NCBI RefSeq assembly: GCF_001194135.2
Contig: NC_068981.1
Coordinates: 182,373,683 to 182,407,234, forward strand
Length of the DNA: 33,552 bases
From: Octopus bimaculoides
Lineage: Eukaryota
Reading direction: 5' to 3'
A program made the translations under genes and the position numbers. Below, piece after piece: positions 20,649-32,421 of the stretch (position 1 is its first letter; the number at the start of each line of letters is the position of its first letter). The notes beneath the pieces were generated by a model that had not been told where the DNA came from, made no database searches, and worked only from the letters and a program-made list of their open reading frames with translations.

Positions 20649-20827
20649 GTCTCGTCTATTTTTTAAATTATTATAAATCTTCCACTGCGGAGAAAGCCGG
20701 TTTCCGACAAAGATACAAGGTTTCCATCATTGCAATATAGTTAACACAGACAGATTGTAAACATAACAGGCTGTATTTTGTTGTTTGGGACAGAGGGACA
20801 AAGGTATGTACCATCATAGAGGTCAGC
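20649..20827 (-). mobile_element. REL family 1 3'UTR with an inverted endonuclease-coding piece
   Basis: 20649-20751 is the minus-strand 3'UTR. 20752-20827 matches 9188-9263 in plus orientation (HNR..VVWDRGTKVCTIIEVS). Confidence 0.8.
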
Positions 20828-20930
<103 letters not shown>

Positions 20931-20953
20931 ATGTTCTCTTTCTCTTTTTAAAT

Positions 20954-21152
20954 TAGAGTAAATTTTGACCGGCCACCTACTTGGTAACAAGATTGTGAGG
21001 GAAAGCATTTCGTTTTAACCATCATCCTTTAAATTGTGAGAAGGTATTGCAGATTTTTATGGTTCCAAATATCGGGACCATTTGTAAGCGTATAAATTAA
21101 GGATTTGTCTTTTCTTCCCAAGATCCCAAGTGCAGCTATACTTTGCTCGAGG
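20954..21152 (-). mobile_element. REL retrotransposon family 3, 3' end, copy 2
   Basis: Direct repeat of 19228-19419. LEQSIAALGILGRKDKSLIYTL, followed by a frameshift. Confidence 0.75.
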
Positions 21153-21640
21153 TGGATATGCATGTATATATGTATGTATGTATGTATGTATGTGTATGTG
21201 TGTGTGTGTGTGTGTGTAAGTATGTGTCTGTGCATTTATGTGCAGATATGTTTTCTTCAGAAACTTACGGAATGCGAGCGGCTTGCTCTTCTTAATGTTT
21301 GCAGCATTGTAATACCGAGTATATCCACATGGTTGTTGTATTATTGCACAAGAATACGGCTGATAACTGTTAAATAACAATTAGATTCGTTAGACAGTCG
21401 ACACTATTCCAATGTATGAAGTAATATAACAACTGGTCAACGATATAAGCTTGGTTTTATAGCCACGATAGAAAAAAAACAGTGTAATCTTTCCGCTATC
21501 TTATTGCCAAGGCCTAGACTATATTCATTGTTTTATGTACATGCACACGTATACATACACACATACAGTCTCAAACATACATATCCACCCATATACAAAT
21601 ATATTTATGATTATATTCATGTATATTTCTAAGTATGTTG

Positions 21641-21687
<47 letters not shown>

Positions 21688-21958
21688 NNNNNNNNNNNNN
21701 NNNNNNNNNNNNNNNNNNNNNNNNNNNNNNNNNNNNNNNNNNNNNNNNNNNNNNNNNNNNNNNNNNNNNNNNNNNNNNNNNNNNNNNNNNNNNNNNNNNN
21801 NNNNNNNNNNNNNNNNNNNNNNNNNNNNNNNNNNNNNNNNNNNNNNNNNNNNNNNNNNNNNNNNNNNNNNNNNNNNNNNNNNNNNNNNNNNNNNNNNNNN
21901 NNNNNNNNNNNNNNNNNNNNNNNNNNNNNNNNNNNNNNNNNNNNNNNNNNNNNNNNNN
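21688..21958. other. Assembly gap (271 N) after (TA)n
   Basis: Run of N. Confidence 1.
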
Positions 21959-22386
21959 CGAGACGTAGTTCAAAAAGCCAGAAGTCAACTAAGCGATAAT
22001 GATCAACACAGGAAACAATGTAAGCATATATTAGCAGAAATATTTTGCAAACCAGTTTAGTCTTTGTTGTTGAAAGCAGGTCGGTCAGTCCTGATTGAGT
22101 AGAGCTATGATCGGAGACATTCCGATAATGACCAACCTTTTCAGGTATAGTGTTTCTTGAAACATACCTTCTACTGTAGTCTTCCTGTCCTGAGATAGCT
22201 GCGCACAGCGTGAGGGAGATTTGGTAGCTAGTTCCAAGAGGTCAGAGACCATGCCGAGGTTACCTTTTTACTTACCCAGTTAAGTTGGTTGAGTATCTAG
22301 CCATAGAATTTCAAGAGTTTAAATTATATTGACTAACAGAGTCGTACGGCAAGTTATAGAGACACCGTTTGTTAATTATTTTCTCT

Positions 22387-22600
22387 TTATTACCTCCGCC
22401 TTAGCGAAGGCAGAGGTATTGTTTTCAGTCGTGTTTGTTCGTTTGTTTGTTCGTGGACAAGATATCTCAAGAACCGCCGGATGGATTCGGATGAAACTTT
22501 CAGGGATTTTTGGCGTCATGACTGGCACGAAATGATTAGATTTTGGGATCGATCCAGTACCGGACAAGGATCCTAGATTATTTTTCCTGTTTTATTAACT
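22387..22600 (+). mobile_element. Helentron-associated non-autonomous element (HINE/DINE-1-like)
   Basis: TTATTACCTCCGCC-TTAGCGAA-GGCAGAGGT subterminal hairpin, then a (GTTT)n tract, then GAAACTTT..TGATTAGATTTTGGG..GATCC. This layout is typical of HINEs. Confidence 0.65.
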
Positions 22601-22609
22601 TAATTTTTG

Positions 22610-22706
22610 CTCAAGAACACAGTGTATGGCCACGTCTGGAAACTGAAACCACAATCGCAAGATCGTAGCTGTGACACCCTAACCACTAGACCTCGAGTCT
22701 TCATAT
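22610..22706 (-). mobile_element. tRNA-like SINE head fragment
   Basis: The minus strand reads GAGGTCTAGTGGTTAGGGTG (A box)..GGTTTCAGTTTCC (B-box-like)..CTGTGTTCTTGAGC. Confidence 0.6.
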
Positions 22707-23072
22707 AATTGAATTTAGTGTAATTTAATTTGAAATGAAGATCAGTAATCGTATTAACAATTACTTCGTCAATATAAAGTACCGTGTTTATGACATAAGC
22801 ATAAACACATTAATATCAGGTTATTTTAGAGATAATTAAAAAATGCTTAGGAACAAATAAAATCATTAACAAAGCTAAAGTAAGTTTATATAATGTTGTA
22901 TCTACAAGACTATAGAGACTACATCTGCAAATCATCAACGATGCCAAAACAGTCAAAATTTACAGAAGAGAAAGATTAAATGCATTAAATGAAAGGGAAA
23001 ATGAGTTGGTAAAATGATTTATACATCAATGAAAACCCAGTGATGTTAGAACGCTGAATTCTAACTGGTTCT

Positions 23073-23255
23073 AAGGCGGCGAGCTGGCAGAATCGTTAGC
23101 ACGCCGGGCGAAATGCTTAGCGGTATTTCGTCTGTTGCTACGTTTTGAGTTCAAATTCCACCGAGGTCGACTTTGCCTTTCATCCTTTCGGGTCGATTAA
23201 ATAAGTACCAGTTACGCACTGGGGTCGATATAATCGACTAGCCCCCCCCCCCCAT
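23073..23255 (+). mobile_element. SINE-A, near-consensus head and core; tail truncated at poly-C
   Basis: AAGGCGGCGAGCTGGCAGAATCGTTAGC (A box)..GAGTTCAAATTCC (B box)..TTTCATCCTTTCGGGTCGATTAAATAAGTACCAG. Confidence 0.93.
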
Positions 23256-24492
23256 GAAATGCATGGGGATGGCGACATACAGCTTTGTCGTCGTGAAAAA
23301 ATAAGTACATCAGTTTCATGTTACAGATCTGTTGGGGTTAGGCTTAACATGAAACCGATGCAGCTATTTTCTCACCGTATCAGATATCACAAGTGAAAGT
23401 GGTTGTAATGCAATTTGTTCGCAGGATGTACAGCAGGGAATCTGGAGTGATGATGCTGATGCTGGTCTCCCGAGAATGATGTTCCGTTACAAGACCATGG
23501 ACGCGGTGAAAATACTCCATTGAGCAATGTCTTAAGCCGATATCTCAAATGGAGTCTCTTACGATCAACCATTTAGATTACAACTCATGAGCCGATGATA
23601 TCCGAGCAAAACCTTTGCAATTAAAGATAAATTAGAAACGACATGAACCTACTTCCAGTCTGAACAACACTACTCCTCCAACAAAAGATATTTCCAACCT
23701 TTCGACAAAATACTGCTGCACATAAAAATGTTGATTGTGCAAATATAACGAAAACAAATTTGAGTTGTTTTTCCACCTGCAAATGCATTGAATAAATAAT
23801 ACTGATTAAATACTTGTAAGCTTATTCATACATGTTGCAAATACTTTGCTTTCTTGACTCTTTATACATACTGTGGATGTTGTAGAGAGGTTGGGTGTAC
23901 GCAATTCCTAATACTGTTTTCTTTCAAAGGATGCGCGCGCGTGCGTGAGTGTGTGAGAAAATGGGGGAAGTAAGTTTATGTCGAGTGTAATGGCTGAACG
24001 CTGGTTGTTTGCCGCGTGGAGGCAAACCCTCCGATGGACACCCCGAGGGAGACGGAAGCGTAACAGATCAAAAGTACCATGGAGAAGGTTCACAGAAACC
24101 GAAGCAGAAGTACAACTTGGATTCTTGAAGTAAGAAAATGGCTCCTTAATTCAAAGACCTCACAAAATCATGCTATCTTGGACAATAGAAAATTGCAAAA
24201 CCTTAAAACTTAAAAGGTAAATCGGTTGCTCAAAGGATGAGGAAAAGCAAAAGAACCCCAACCCTTTTATCATTTATTTATTTATTTATTTATATATTTC
24301 TGGTGAACTTTCTCTACCACTTTTCTACTGATCTTGTGCCGGTCAAAATATACGTTGAAACTCCAATCAGGAAAACACACACACACACACACACACGCAT
24401 GGTTGTATGTATGTATGTATGTATGTATGTATGTATGTATGTATGTATGTATGTATGTATGCATGCATGTATGTATGTATGTATGTATGTAT

Positions 24493-24593
24493 GTCTCTTC
24501 TATTTTTTTATTATTAGAAATCTTCCACTGAGGAGGGAATCGGTTTCCAACAAAGATACAAGGCAACATCCCAAAGAAGGAGCATTATATCTT
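24493..24593 (-). mobile_element. REL family 1 3'UTR end with a short inverted 5' piece, inside (TATG)n/(CATA)n
   Basis: 24493-24564 is the reverse complement of about 9579-9650. 24566-24593 (ACATCCCAAAGAAGGAGCATTATATCTT) matches 9564-9591 in plus orientation. Confidence 0.8.
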
Positions 24594-24709
24594 ACACACA
24601 TACATACATACATACATACATACATACATACATACATACATACATGCATGCATGCATGCATACATAGATAGATAGATACATACATACATACATACATGCA
24701 TACATACAC

Positions 24710-25098
24710 ATTATTGGGGCCCTGGGATATGTAACACACTGCCTAAATACCAGTCTTGAGAAATTAGGCTTCTCAAAACCAGAAAGGAGAAAGTTAATTC
24801 GAAGACTACAGATCCAATCCATCACTGGAACTGTAAAAATCTGTAAAACTTTCCAGAATTTTATCATTTAAATATATATATTTATGAGTATGTTTAGATA
24901 TGCAACTATATGCATGAGAATACATACATAAAACATACAAATCTGCACATACATACATGCATGCATACATACATACATACATACATACATACAAAATACC
25001 TTGTTGTTGATGTTGAAATTCCAATGAAGGAGTTTTGGATCTAGGTTAGAAACCGGTTCTTTCTCTATTGGCAAGAAATCTTGAAATAAACTGAATAA
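24710..25098 (+). mobile_element. REL retrotransposon family 2, 3' end
   Basis: IIGALGYVTHCLNTSLEKLGFSKPERRKLIRRLQIQSITGTVKICKTFQNFII* (TAA 24869-71). The 3'UTR has internal and terminal (ATAC)n. Confidence 0.88.
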
Positions 25099-25764
25099 TG
25101 ACATACATACATGCATACATAATACATACATACATACATACATACATACATACATACATACATACATACACACATACATACATACATACATATATACATA
25201 TCAGAGAATGTGTCATCCAAGAAGACACGGTAGGCAATGATAATCTAGAATAAAAGTGTAGATATAAATTATTAACTATAAATAGTTAATGATATCCAAT
25301 TCACTGTAAAAAATACTAATTTAATGCTTGGAAGTATGTGTATAACTTGGTAAATGGTTACTATTTTGATGTTAGATAGGCATAGTATCTTCTGTCGTTC
25401 AAGTTCAAGGTATATTTTTACTAAAAGTATTGTAATCAGTTTCACGTGTCGGTTGTTCAGCTCCATAACCTTCATAACGCAAAAAGAAGAAATTTTTTCC
25501 TGATTCTCATTTTCTATAGCTATGTGTCATTACTGAGTGCTGGGTTGCATGTTTGTTTGTACTGAGCGTGTTTTCTTCTGTTGATCGAGCTAATGTTGAG
25601 TGATGATCGCGAATACAAACGGCTGAGAATGAGTCGTCGCTAGGGTGTTGCGTTGACTGGTCAGAGATGATGAGTGGTTGGGTCGATGAATAAAAATGTG
25701 ATTCTTTGGCTATGTGAAGAAGTAATTGATAACTACCGCGAACATTTAGCATAAGGTTTTATCA

Positions 25765-25999
25765 TTTATTTCTTTATTGCCCACAGTGGGGCTAAACATA
25801 GAGGGGACAGACAAGAACAGACAAGGGGATTAAGTCGATTACATCGACCCCAGTGCGTTAGTGGTACTTATTTAATCAACCCCGAAAGGATGAAAGGCAA
25901 AGTCGACCTCGGCGGAATTTGAACTCAGAACGTAAAGACGGATGAAATACCGCTAAGCATTTCACCCCGCTTGCTAACGATTCTGCCAGCTCGCCGCCC
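25765..25999 (-). mobile_element. Full-length SINE-A (tail type 2)
   Basis: Same head and core as 23073 but a different tail: TAATCCCCTTGTCTGTTCTTGTCTGTCCCCTCTATGTTTAGCCCCACTGTGGGCAATAAAGAAATAA. Confidence 0.93.
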
Positions 26000-26001
26000 T
26001 A

Positions 26002-26756
26002 TAACGTTTTATTGTTACACATCGGGGCCGTCTCCACCTTACGGGTAGGAAAGTTTGCCCGAATTTGGCCTTTCTCTCCACATTCGAAGCACCGGGGTCT
26101 TCTCCCCTCCATCATTGCCCGTAAGGTGGTTTCTTCTCCAAGGTGTATGTTCTCTACGATCTTTTTCGGGGTCTGTGGCGCCGCTTGGATAATGACCTCG
26201 AGGCTTTGCCCCTTCCAGTTCTGCTGGTGTATTTTTGAGGCCTCTAATATCAGTAGTTCTTCTTCTATCCCCATTAGTAGGGCTGGGAATAGCCATGATA
26301 CGTTTATTTCTGGCGGAATTTCTTCTATTGTGATCTTTGATGTACACCTGCCTAAGTATGATGGCAGCAACACAATGTCCGTGGTTCTCAAAGGTTGTAC
26401 TTAGTGTGTTTTTTGCTTTCTCTTCACTTATGAAATACACTACTACAGTGACAGAGCGTTTGCTACTGGTCAGGTATTCTATGTCCTGCCAGATCGGCTG
26501 TAGGCATTTGGTGCTTTGTCAGGTTTCTTTTCCTTTACAATAAGAGTTTTAAATACGACTATATATTTTTTTTTCGGTTTTTCCTATGATTTCACTCGGG
26601 AGAGTGGCTTTTACGTCATATTCCTCCTTTGAAAACATGTCTTGGTGCTGTATTAATACACTTCGGTCAACATATAGTTTTTCTTTTTTCACTCCAGCCG
26701 CAGCTGCAAAATTAATCTTTTTTTGCTGGTTCTACAAGTTTTTCTGTTGTCGACAT
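26002..26756 (-). pseudogene. Decayed gag-like ORF1 of a LINE with a CCHC zinc-knuckle remnant
   Basis: Frameshifted reading from MSTTEKLVEP through ..MMEGRRPRCFECGEKGQIRANF (degenerate CX2CX4HX4C). Cut at its 3' side by SINE-A. Confidence 0.7.
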
Positions 26757-27030
26757 ACTTAATATTTCATAGTGTTTTTTTCAGTTTTTTGTCCTCTGCA
26801 GAGGAAGTATTCATTTTCAACAAAATAAATTTGTGGAAAAACGCCACAAAAGAATGGATAATTCCCCCCTCCCCCTAGCCTTACAGAGGGGAATAAAAGT
26901 TCACTCCGTCTGCCACATACAGAACGGTATTAATAGCAACACAAAGAATTCAGCAACAACAATTTCAACAACAATTCCAACACTAACCTTCAAGCAAAAA
27001 ATACACCACAGAATCAATCACAAGTAAGAA

Positions 27031-27083
27031 AACCGCTAAGCATTTTGCCCGGTGTGCTAACGATCCTTCCAGCTCACCGCTCT
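27031..27083 (-). mobile_element. SINE-A head fragment
   Basis: CCGCTAAGCATTTTGCCCGGTGTGCTAACGATCCTTCCAGCTCACCGC. Confidence 0.75.
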
Positions 27084-27149
27084 TAATAATAATAGTATGT
27101 AACATACGCATAAAGCTTGTAATTTGAGGAAGAAGGGAATAACCGATTA

Positions 27150-27900
27150 CAGTAATCCCTCGACTATCGCGGATGTTACGTTCCAATCGATCCCTGCGAT
27201 AGGTGACAATCCATGAAGTAGAAACAGTACTGTACTGTATATTTTTTTTTTTAATTATTTTTATAATTTGTATATATTTGACATGACGATCAGTCGGACG
27301 CTGACACTCGTTGATGCTGCATCGAAGAGGCCAGGGAATAGAAGAAAGAAGACATACACCCAACACCAGAGCTGAAGACACCTCCGAATGGGGGTGGCCC
27401 CGCCACGTCAAAACGGTAGAGGAGTAGGGGCCGAAACCGGACGTGGTTCCTCCTGATGATGTCTTCAGCTAACTGGATCCGAATCCACCAAGGGAAGGTA
27501 TGTCGGAAGAAAGTAATTCAACAACGCGGGTTGATGAACCGTAAGACGTGTGGCCAGAACCTCCTGGAAAATAACCATAGCGAGGGACATTCCACAGTTG
27601 AATTAGAACAGTCACAAACAGTGAAAGAAGACATGCACCCAACACCAGAGCTGAAGACACCTCCGAATGGGGGTGGCCCCGCCACGTCAAAACGGTAGAG
27701 GAGTAGGGGCCGAAACCGGACGTGGTTCCTCCTGATGATGTCTTCAGCTAACTGGATCCTATAAAGGAGCTGTTGTGGTAGCAGACCACGAAACATGGTT
27801 GAAATTCCTTCCTAAATACAAAACAATACCACGGAGGAATCGATGTAAGCTTAAATAATAAACCGCGATAGGTGAACCGCGATATGGTGAGGGATTATTG
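27150..27900. mobile_element. Tigger/pogo-like MITE (copy of 11657-11877) split by a ~535-bp insertion at 27279-27812
   Basis: TA-CAGTAATCCCTCGACTATCGCGG ... CCGCGATATGGTGAGGGATTATTG-TA. Both halves align to the intact copy. Confidence 0.88.
27344..27759 (+). repeat. 137-bp direct repeat (27344-27480 and 27623-27759), period 279 bp
   Basis: The two copies differ at one position that I can see (CATACACC vs CATGCACC). Confidence 0.95.
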
Positions 27901-29488
27901 TATATCGAACCGATCCGAGACTGGAACTTTATTTTTATTAAGTTCAAAAGGCTGAAAGATAAAGTTGGTCTCGATGGGATTTGAACTCAGAATGTAAAGA
28001 GCAGAAACAAACAACGTAAGGTATTTTGTACGACATCCTCCCCATTCTACCAATCTACAATATCAGATAATCTAAAATTCGTTTGTTAATCAAATACAAC
28101 TTAATACGTGGATATTATCTGAAGTTAAGTAGTCGGGTAATTTATGTCGAAATTTGAATCTAACCAGCCTATAATTGTTTTAGCTTAAAGTGTCACACTT
28201 AAAATATCGAACTAACAACACTCCTGTTGTAAAAAAAGGGGGAAATAGGCGTTAATTCTGAATGACTAATTAACAGTAAAGTAATAAAGATCAGACAAAA
28301 ATTTAAGTCATCCTATCATATCTGTTGTTTGCTGAAACTTTATGACATTTTCTATTATTTTTATTTTTAAGCATTAAGGTCAAGACTGAGTCTAATTTAA
28401 ATATAACTAAAACAAGCACTTTCTTTTTTTTTTTTGTTAACTTTTTGTACAAGAAAATATCGGGTTGCGTAAGCAATTTACTTACGTTCGTATTACGGAA
28501 ACCCATAAATGTCAAAGAAATGTTATATAGATGACCGAGTCAATAAGGTGCTGAGTAACCATCCAAAGGATTGGCGATTTATTTTATGTCCGAGGCAAGA
28601 GACTTAACTCTTATAGCCCAATATGTATGATACAAAACAGGTTCTATTGTAAGTGGCGAGACCACAGGAAAATCTGCGAGTGTTTCATAGGCTGGTTGTG
28701 CAAAGCTTATCCTGATATATCAACGTCTTTTATTCCAAAGTCTTGTCCAAAATTAGATTTGGCTCTAAAATGCATAACGTCAAAGAAACTGGAGGTGAGC
28801 ATTGAGGCAATGGAGCTTAGAATTTCGGAGACAGAATAAATATTGTCTATTAAAAATGAAAGAATTATTACAATATTTCTAGAATATAGCGTAAAACATT
28901 AAGCATTTTAATTGTCAGTATCACCAAATATCTAGTTCTAAGGAATGTTTATAAATATACTTTTAAGTAAACATGCAGACTGTATTTTATCATATGGTCA
29001 CATATATATTTATATTATATATCTAAATAGTATGATGTAACAGTGTAACGCACTGACAGATTGGACATAACCTATGGGATTCAACTAACATCACTTTATC
29101 TTTATAGCAATTATATTATACGACAAACTTCGTCTTAGCATGCGGTTGGGTGTGAGTACATGTTATTGACAATGCCCGAGAAGGCAGAAATACAATAAGC
29201 GTTCTCATTGACCACCTTTGGGACGATTTTCATCTACCTCTGATATATATGGTGGATTGTGTTTTAAATACAGAAAATCCATAAGGGATATTATTCCAAG
29301 ATGAATACAACAGTAAACTTGCCTTCTATGATGTATTTACATTAGGTGCGCTACACAAATGGCTATCTTAATCTAATATTGCTCCTGTTGTATACATCAA
29401 GCTTCATGTTTACTTATTTCTTCGCCGCCCATTTAAGAACATTTGTTATCTCTCTCTCTCTCTCTCCCTTTCTATATATATATATGTA

Positions 29489-29632
29489 CTAGCTGACGTA
29501 CCCGGTAATTCTCGGGAAAGTGGGATTTTCCCTTGGCTCCATTCTCATACTTGTTTCTCTAATCCAGTAATAACCTCACTTCTCTCCAGAAATTTATTTC
29601 TTTAATCTTCTTATCTGGTTCGGTGCTATAGA
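29489..29632 (-). mobile_element. Short non-autonomous Helitron, 144 bp
   Basis: The minus strand begins TCTATAG after a host A. It ends CCCGAG-AATTA-CCGGG hairpin ..CAGCTAG before a host T. No TSD. Confidence 0.55.
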
Positions 29633-31254
29633 TGAGAATTAGAAATTTTCGGTCTAACTATAAATTTCAAAACAACCTGCTTAATTCAACTTTTAAATGT
29701 ATTTGGTTTTTGTTTTGTTTTGTTTCTCATTAGAATTTAAGGTAATGATAATAATTTCTTATATTGGTAAAACACTAAGTTTAGCAGAGGAGATATAGCC
29801 AATTGGATTGATAGGGCTTTTGTTTTACCAACACCAAAGGAGTGAAAGCCAGTAGACTTAATCTGTTACCCGATTTAATTCTATATCCAGACCCTTAGAT
29901 GCTTTTTAGTAAAATCCTCTACAATGTAAACTTTCAGACCAAGTCTCTGGTCAAAGGATAACTTCCTCTCGCCAATCTTGGATACCATGAAAAGGGTCAT
30001 GGATGTTGTTCTCTCTCCTCCGACGAAGCCATTAAAAATATTAATTCCTGGTTAAGATTTAAGTTCAGAACGTGAAAGGAACGTAAATAAACGCTGCAAA
30101 GCATTTAGTTCTCTGCTCAACCGTTTTTGACATTACATCGCCTTTATAATTTAATATAATATTGAAGGCAGTGTCTTATAAACAATAAGCTTCCAAGATT
30201 TCACAAATTAACCTGAATAGAATTGCACTTCTTATATCATACAGGTTTCGAGTTCGTTAGACAGTCAAAGCTTGGCGCTGTACCCACAATTCCTCTCTTT
30301 TTGTGCCAGTTTCTTCAGCCTTTCATCATTTGGATTCTTTTGTTCTTGTTTTGTACATAAAGCGTGTTCTTTCTAAGTTTGCTTTGGCCACTATCTATTA
30401 TGCCTTTTTGCAAGTGCTTCACATTTTAAGGCTTGATTTGCTGGTCTTCACTGACACTTTTTAAAAATAAATTCTTCCAAATATATCTTGTTAAATACTA
30501 TCAATATCTCTAATTTCGTTTTTGTTTTTGAATTGCTTCCATTTTACACATATAATCGTTCTGCGGCATTTATTTTTGAACAAGGAATTTTTCTATTATC
30601 TGTGCTGTGAAACTTCACTTATCACTATAACTATCAGCTGAGTTGAAAATGCCACAATATTGTCGATGTTTATGACACTATTCTAAGGGTTGTGGAAGAG
30701 ATTGTGGGCCTCGATTTTAGAACTTTCTTTGCAGATCTTCTCATGGCTATACAATTTCCAAGATACATAAATTCGCTGGCGTCATTAATACTGTTATCAT
30801 GTTTCCTGAAGTTTTTAACAGTTTTTCTCGCTCTAAGTTTATTTTAGTCTTATTTCTCTTCTATGGTTGAAAACTAATAAGATTTTCTTCCAGTTTCCAT
30901 CAAATTGTCTCATGTATCTCATGATATCTTTTCGTCTGAATAAAATCAATGACCATATCAAACACTAAAGGAGTGACAAAAAATATATCTTGCTATTTAC
31001 TCATTTTTTATTCTTATTTCACTTATTTATTTATTGAAAAAACGATACAATCTACCAATTTTCATGGCAAACTGAATATCTGGTGGAGCCGGGGTACTAT
31101 AGGTTTTAGGTTCATGGTGTTCTGAACAAAAAGGATTCTGCGAATAAAGTTTTCTTAAAGTTAACAGAAATTATGAGTAATATACTGTTTCACTTTTACC
31201 TCGTAAACATTTAGGCTTCAGGTTCTTAAACTGTTTTTAATAAATAAATAAATT

Positions 31255-31597
31255 TCTTCTAGTTTAAGCACAAGGCCTGAAATTTTGGGAGAGGGGGCAA
31301 ATAGATTATATCGACACCAGTGCTCGACTGGTACTTATTTTATCAACCTCGACAGAATGAAAGGCAAAGTCGACCTCGGTGGAATTTGACCTCAGAACGT
31401 AATCTTTTCTACTCTAGGCACAAGGCCCGAAAGTTTTGGGGAAAGTCCAGTCGATTAGATCGACCTCCAGTATGCAACTGGTACTTAATTTATCGACCTC
31501 GACAGGATAAAAGGCAAAGTCGACCTCAGCAGAATTTGAACGTAATGACAGACGAAATGCCTCTAAGCATTTTGTCCGACGTGCTAACGTTTTTGTT
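31255..31597 (-). mobile_element. Two tandem SINE-A copies (truncated 31255-31400 and near-full 31403-31597)
   Basis: Two successive GCACAAGGCC(T/C)GAAA..ACTGGTACTTA..AAAGGCAAAGTCGACCTC..GAATTTGA units. Confidence 0.9.
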
Positions 31598-31635
31598 AGA
31601 TCATCGCTTTAAATAAAATAAAATTTAAAAATAAG

Positions 31636-31795
31636 GTGGTTAGCTCGTATAATCGTTAGAAAATATATTGTGGATCAAACCAAAAAGATCCTATATTGTT
31701 CTATTTGTTCCGACTCTTTACATTTTGAGTTTAAAAATCCCGTTGAAGGCAACTTTTCCTTTGATTCCTCCAGAGTCGATTAAATAAAGTGGTCT
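31636..31795 (+). mobile_element. Old SINE-A copy, head-to-head with the previous one
   Basis: AAGGTGGTTAGCTCGTATAATCGTTAG..TTTTGAGTTT..GAGTCGATTAAATAA. Confidence 0.55.
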
Positions 31796-32421
31796 CTTAA
31801 AATTTTTTTTAAGCTATCAAAATTTTCTCACATTTTCTTCTCTGATACAGTTTTATATACTGACGACGAAAATCGCATTCATATTTATCTAGAAATTAAT
31901 AATAATGGAAATGTTACAAGCCTTTAAAGTTATATCATTTTAGTCAACCGCAAGTTTCATTTGCCTACATACCGGATGTCGTAATTGTCTCTTTCCTTGG
32001 GAATTGCATTAACATTAATCACTCTTCCTCTTTCGACTTGTGATTTTGTTTGTGTATTCCTGAGTGAAGGAATCGATCACAGTCTGTTGATGTGTGAAGA
32101 AAATAGGAATCAGCGACACTACGGATGTTAATTACAACAATTATTTACGCAAGGTATGTACAAAGGATCTACTTCGTAAACCATTAAAGACTGGCGGTCC
32201 AACCTTGAATTATCGAAATTGACGAAACAATGTTTTCTATGCGGAAATATAACAAAAGTAGAATGTTACCTGAACAGTGGGTTACCGGCGGTGTGTGTCG
32301 CGAGACACTCTGTGCCTTCTCGAGATCATGACATCATACTGGAAAAAAACATTAGACAATCGATTCTAAAATTACATAACTTTGAAGGCATGTAACTTTT
32401 TTTATTATTGATTCCTAGAGA

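Noticed and set aside
23073-23150. tRNA-like A/B boxes here and at other SINE heads
   Set aside because: They are SINE heads continuing into family cores, not tRNA genes.
24237-25237. Many long ORFs of MYVC/YIHT/THTH/IIII type here and at 10346-10681, 15422-15748, 20741-21235 and 33141-33439
   Set aside because: These are translations of (TATG)n, (CA)n, (AAT)n and (TA)n microsatellites.
25595-25680. TGATGA box-C-like words suggesting a C/D snoRNA
   Set aside because: No properly spaced CTGA D box or terminal stem.
26802-27023. Plus-strand 222-nt segment with a good acceptor, a CAA/gtaaga donor and one open frame
   Set aside because: It directly abuts the start of the minus-strand LINE ORF1 and is more simply that element's 5'UTR. 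The peptide has no recognisable homology.
30230-30500. Lys/Glu-rich minus-strand frames sharing TTCGTTAGACAGTC with 21385-21398
   Set aside because: Multiple stops and only a 14-bp shared word. It cannot be assigned to a gene or element.
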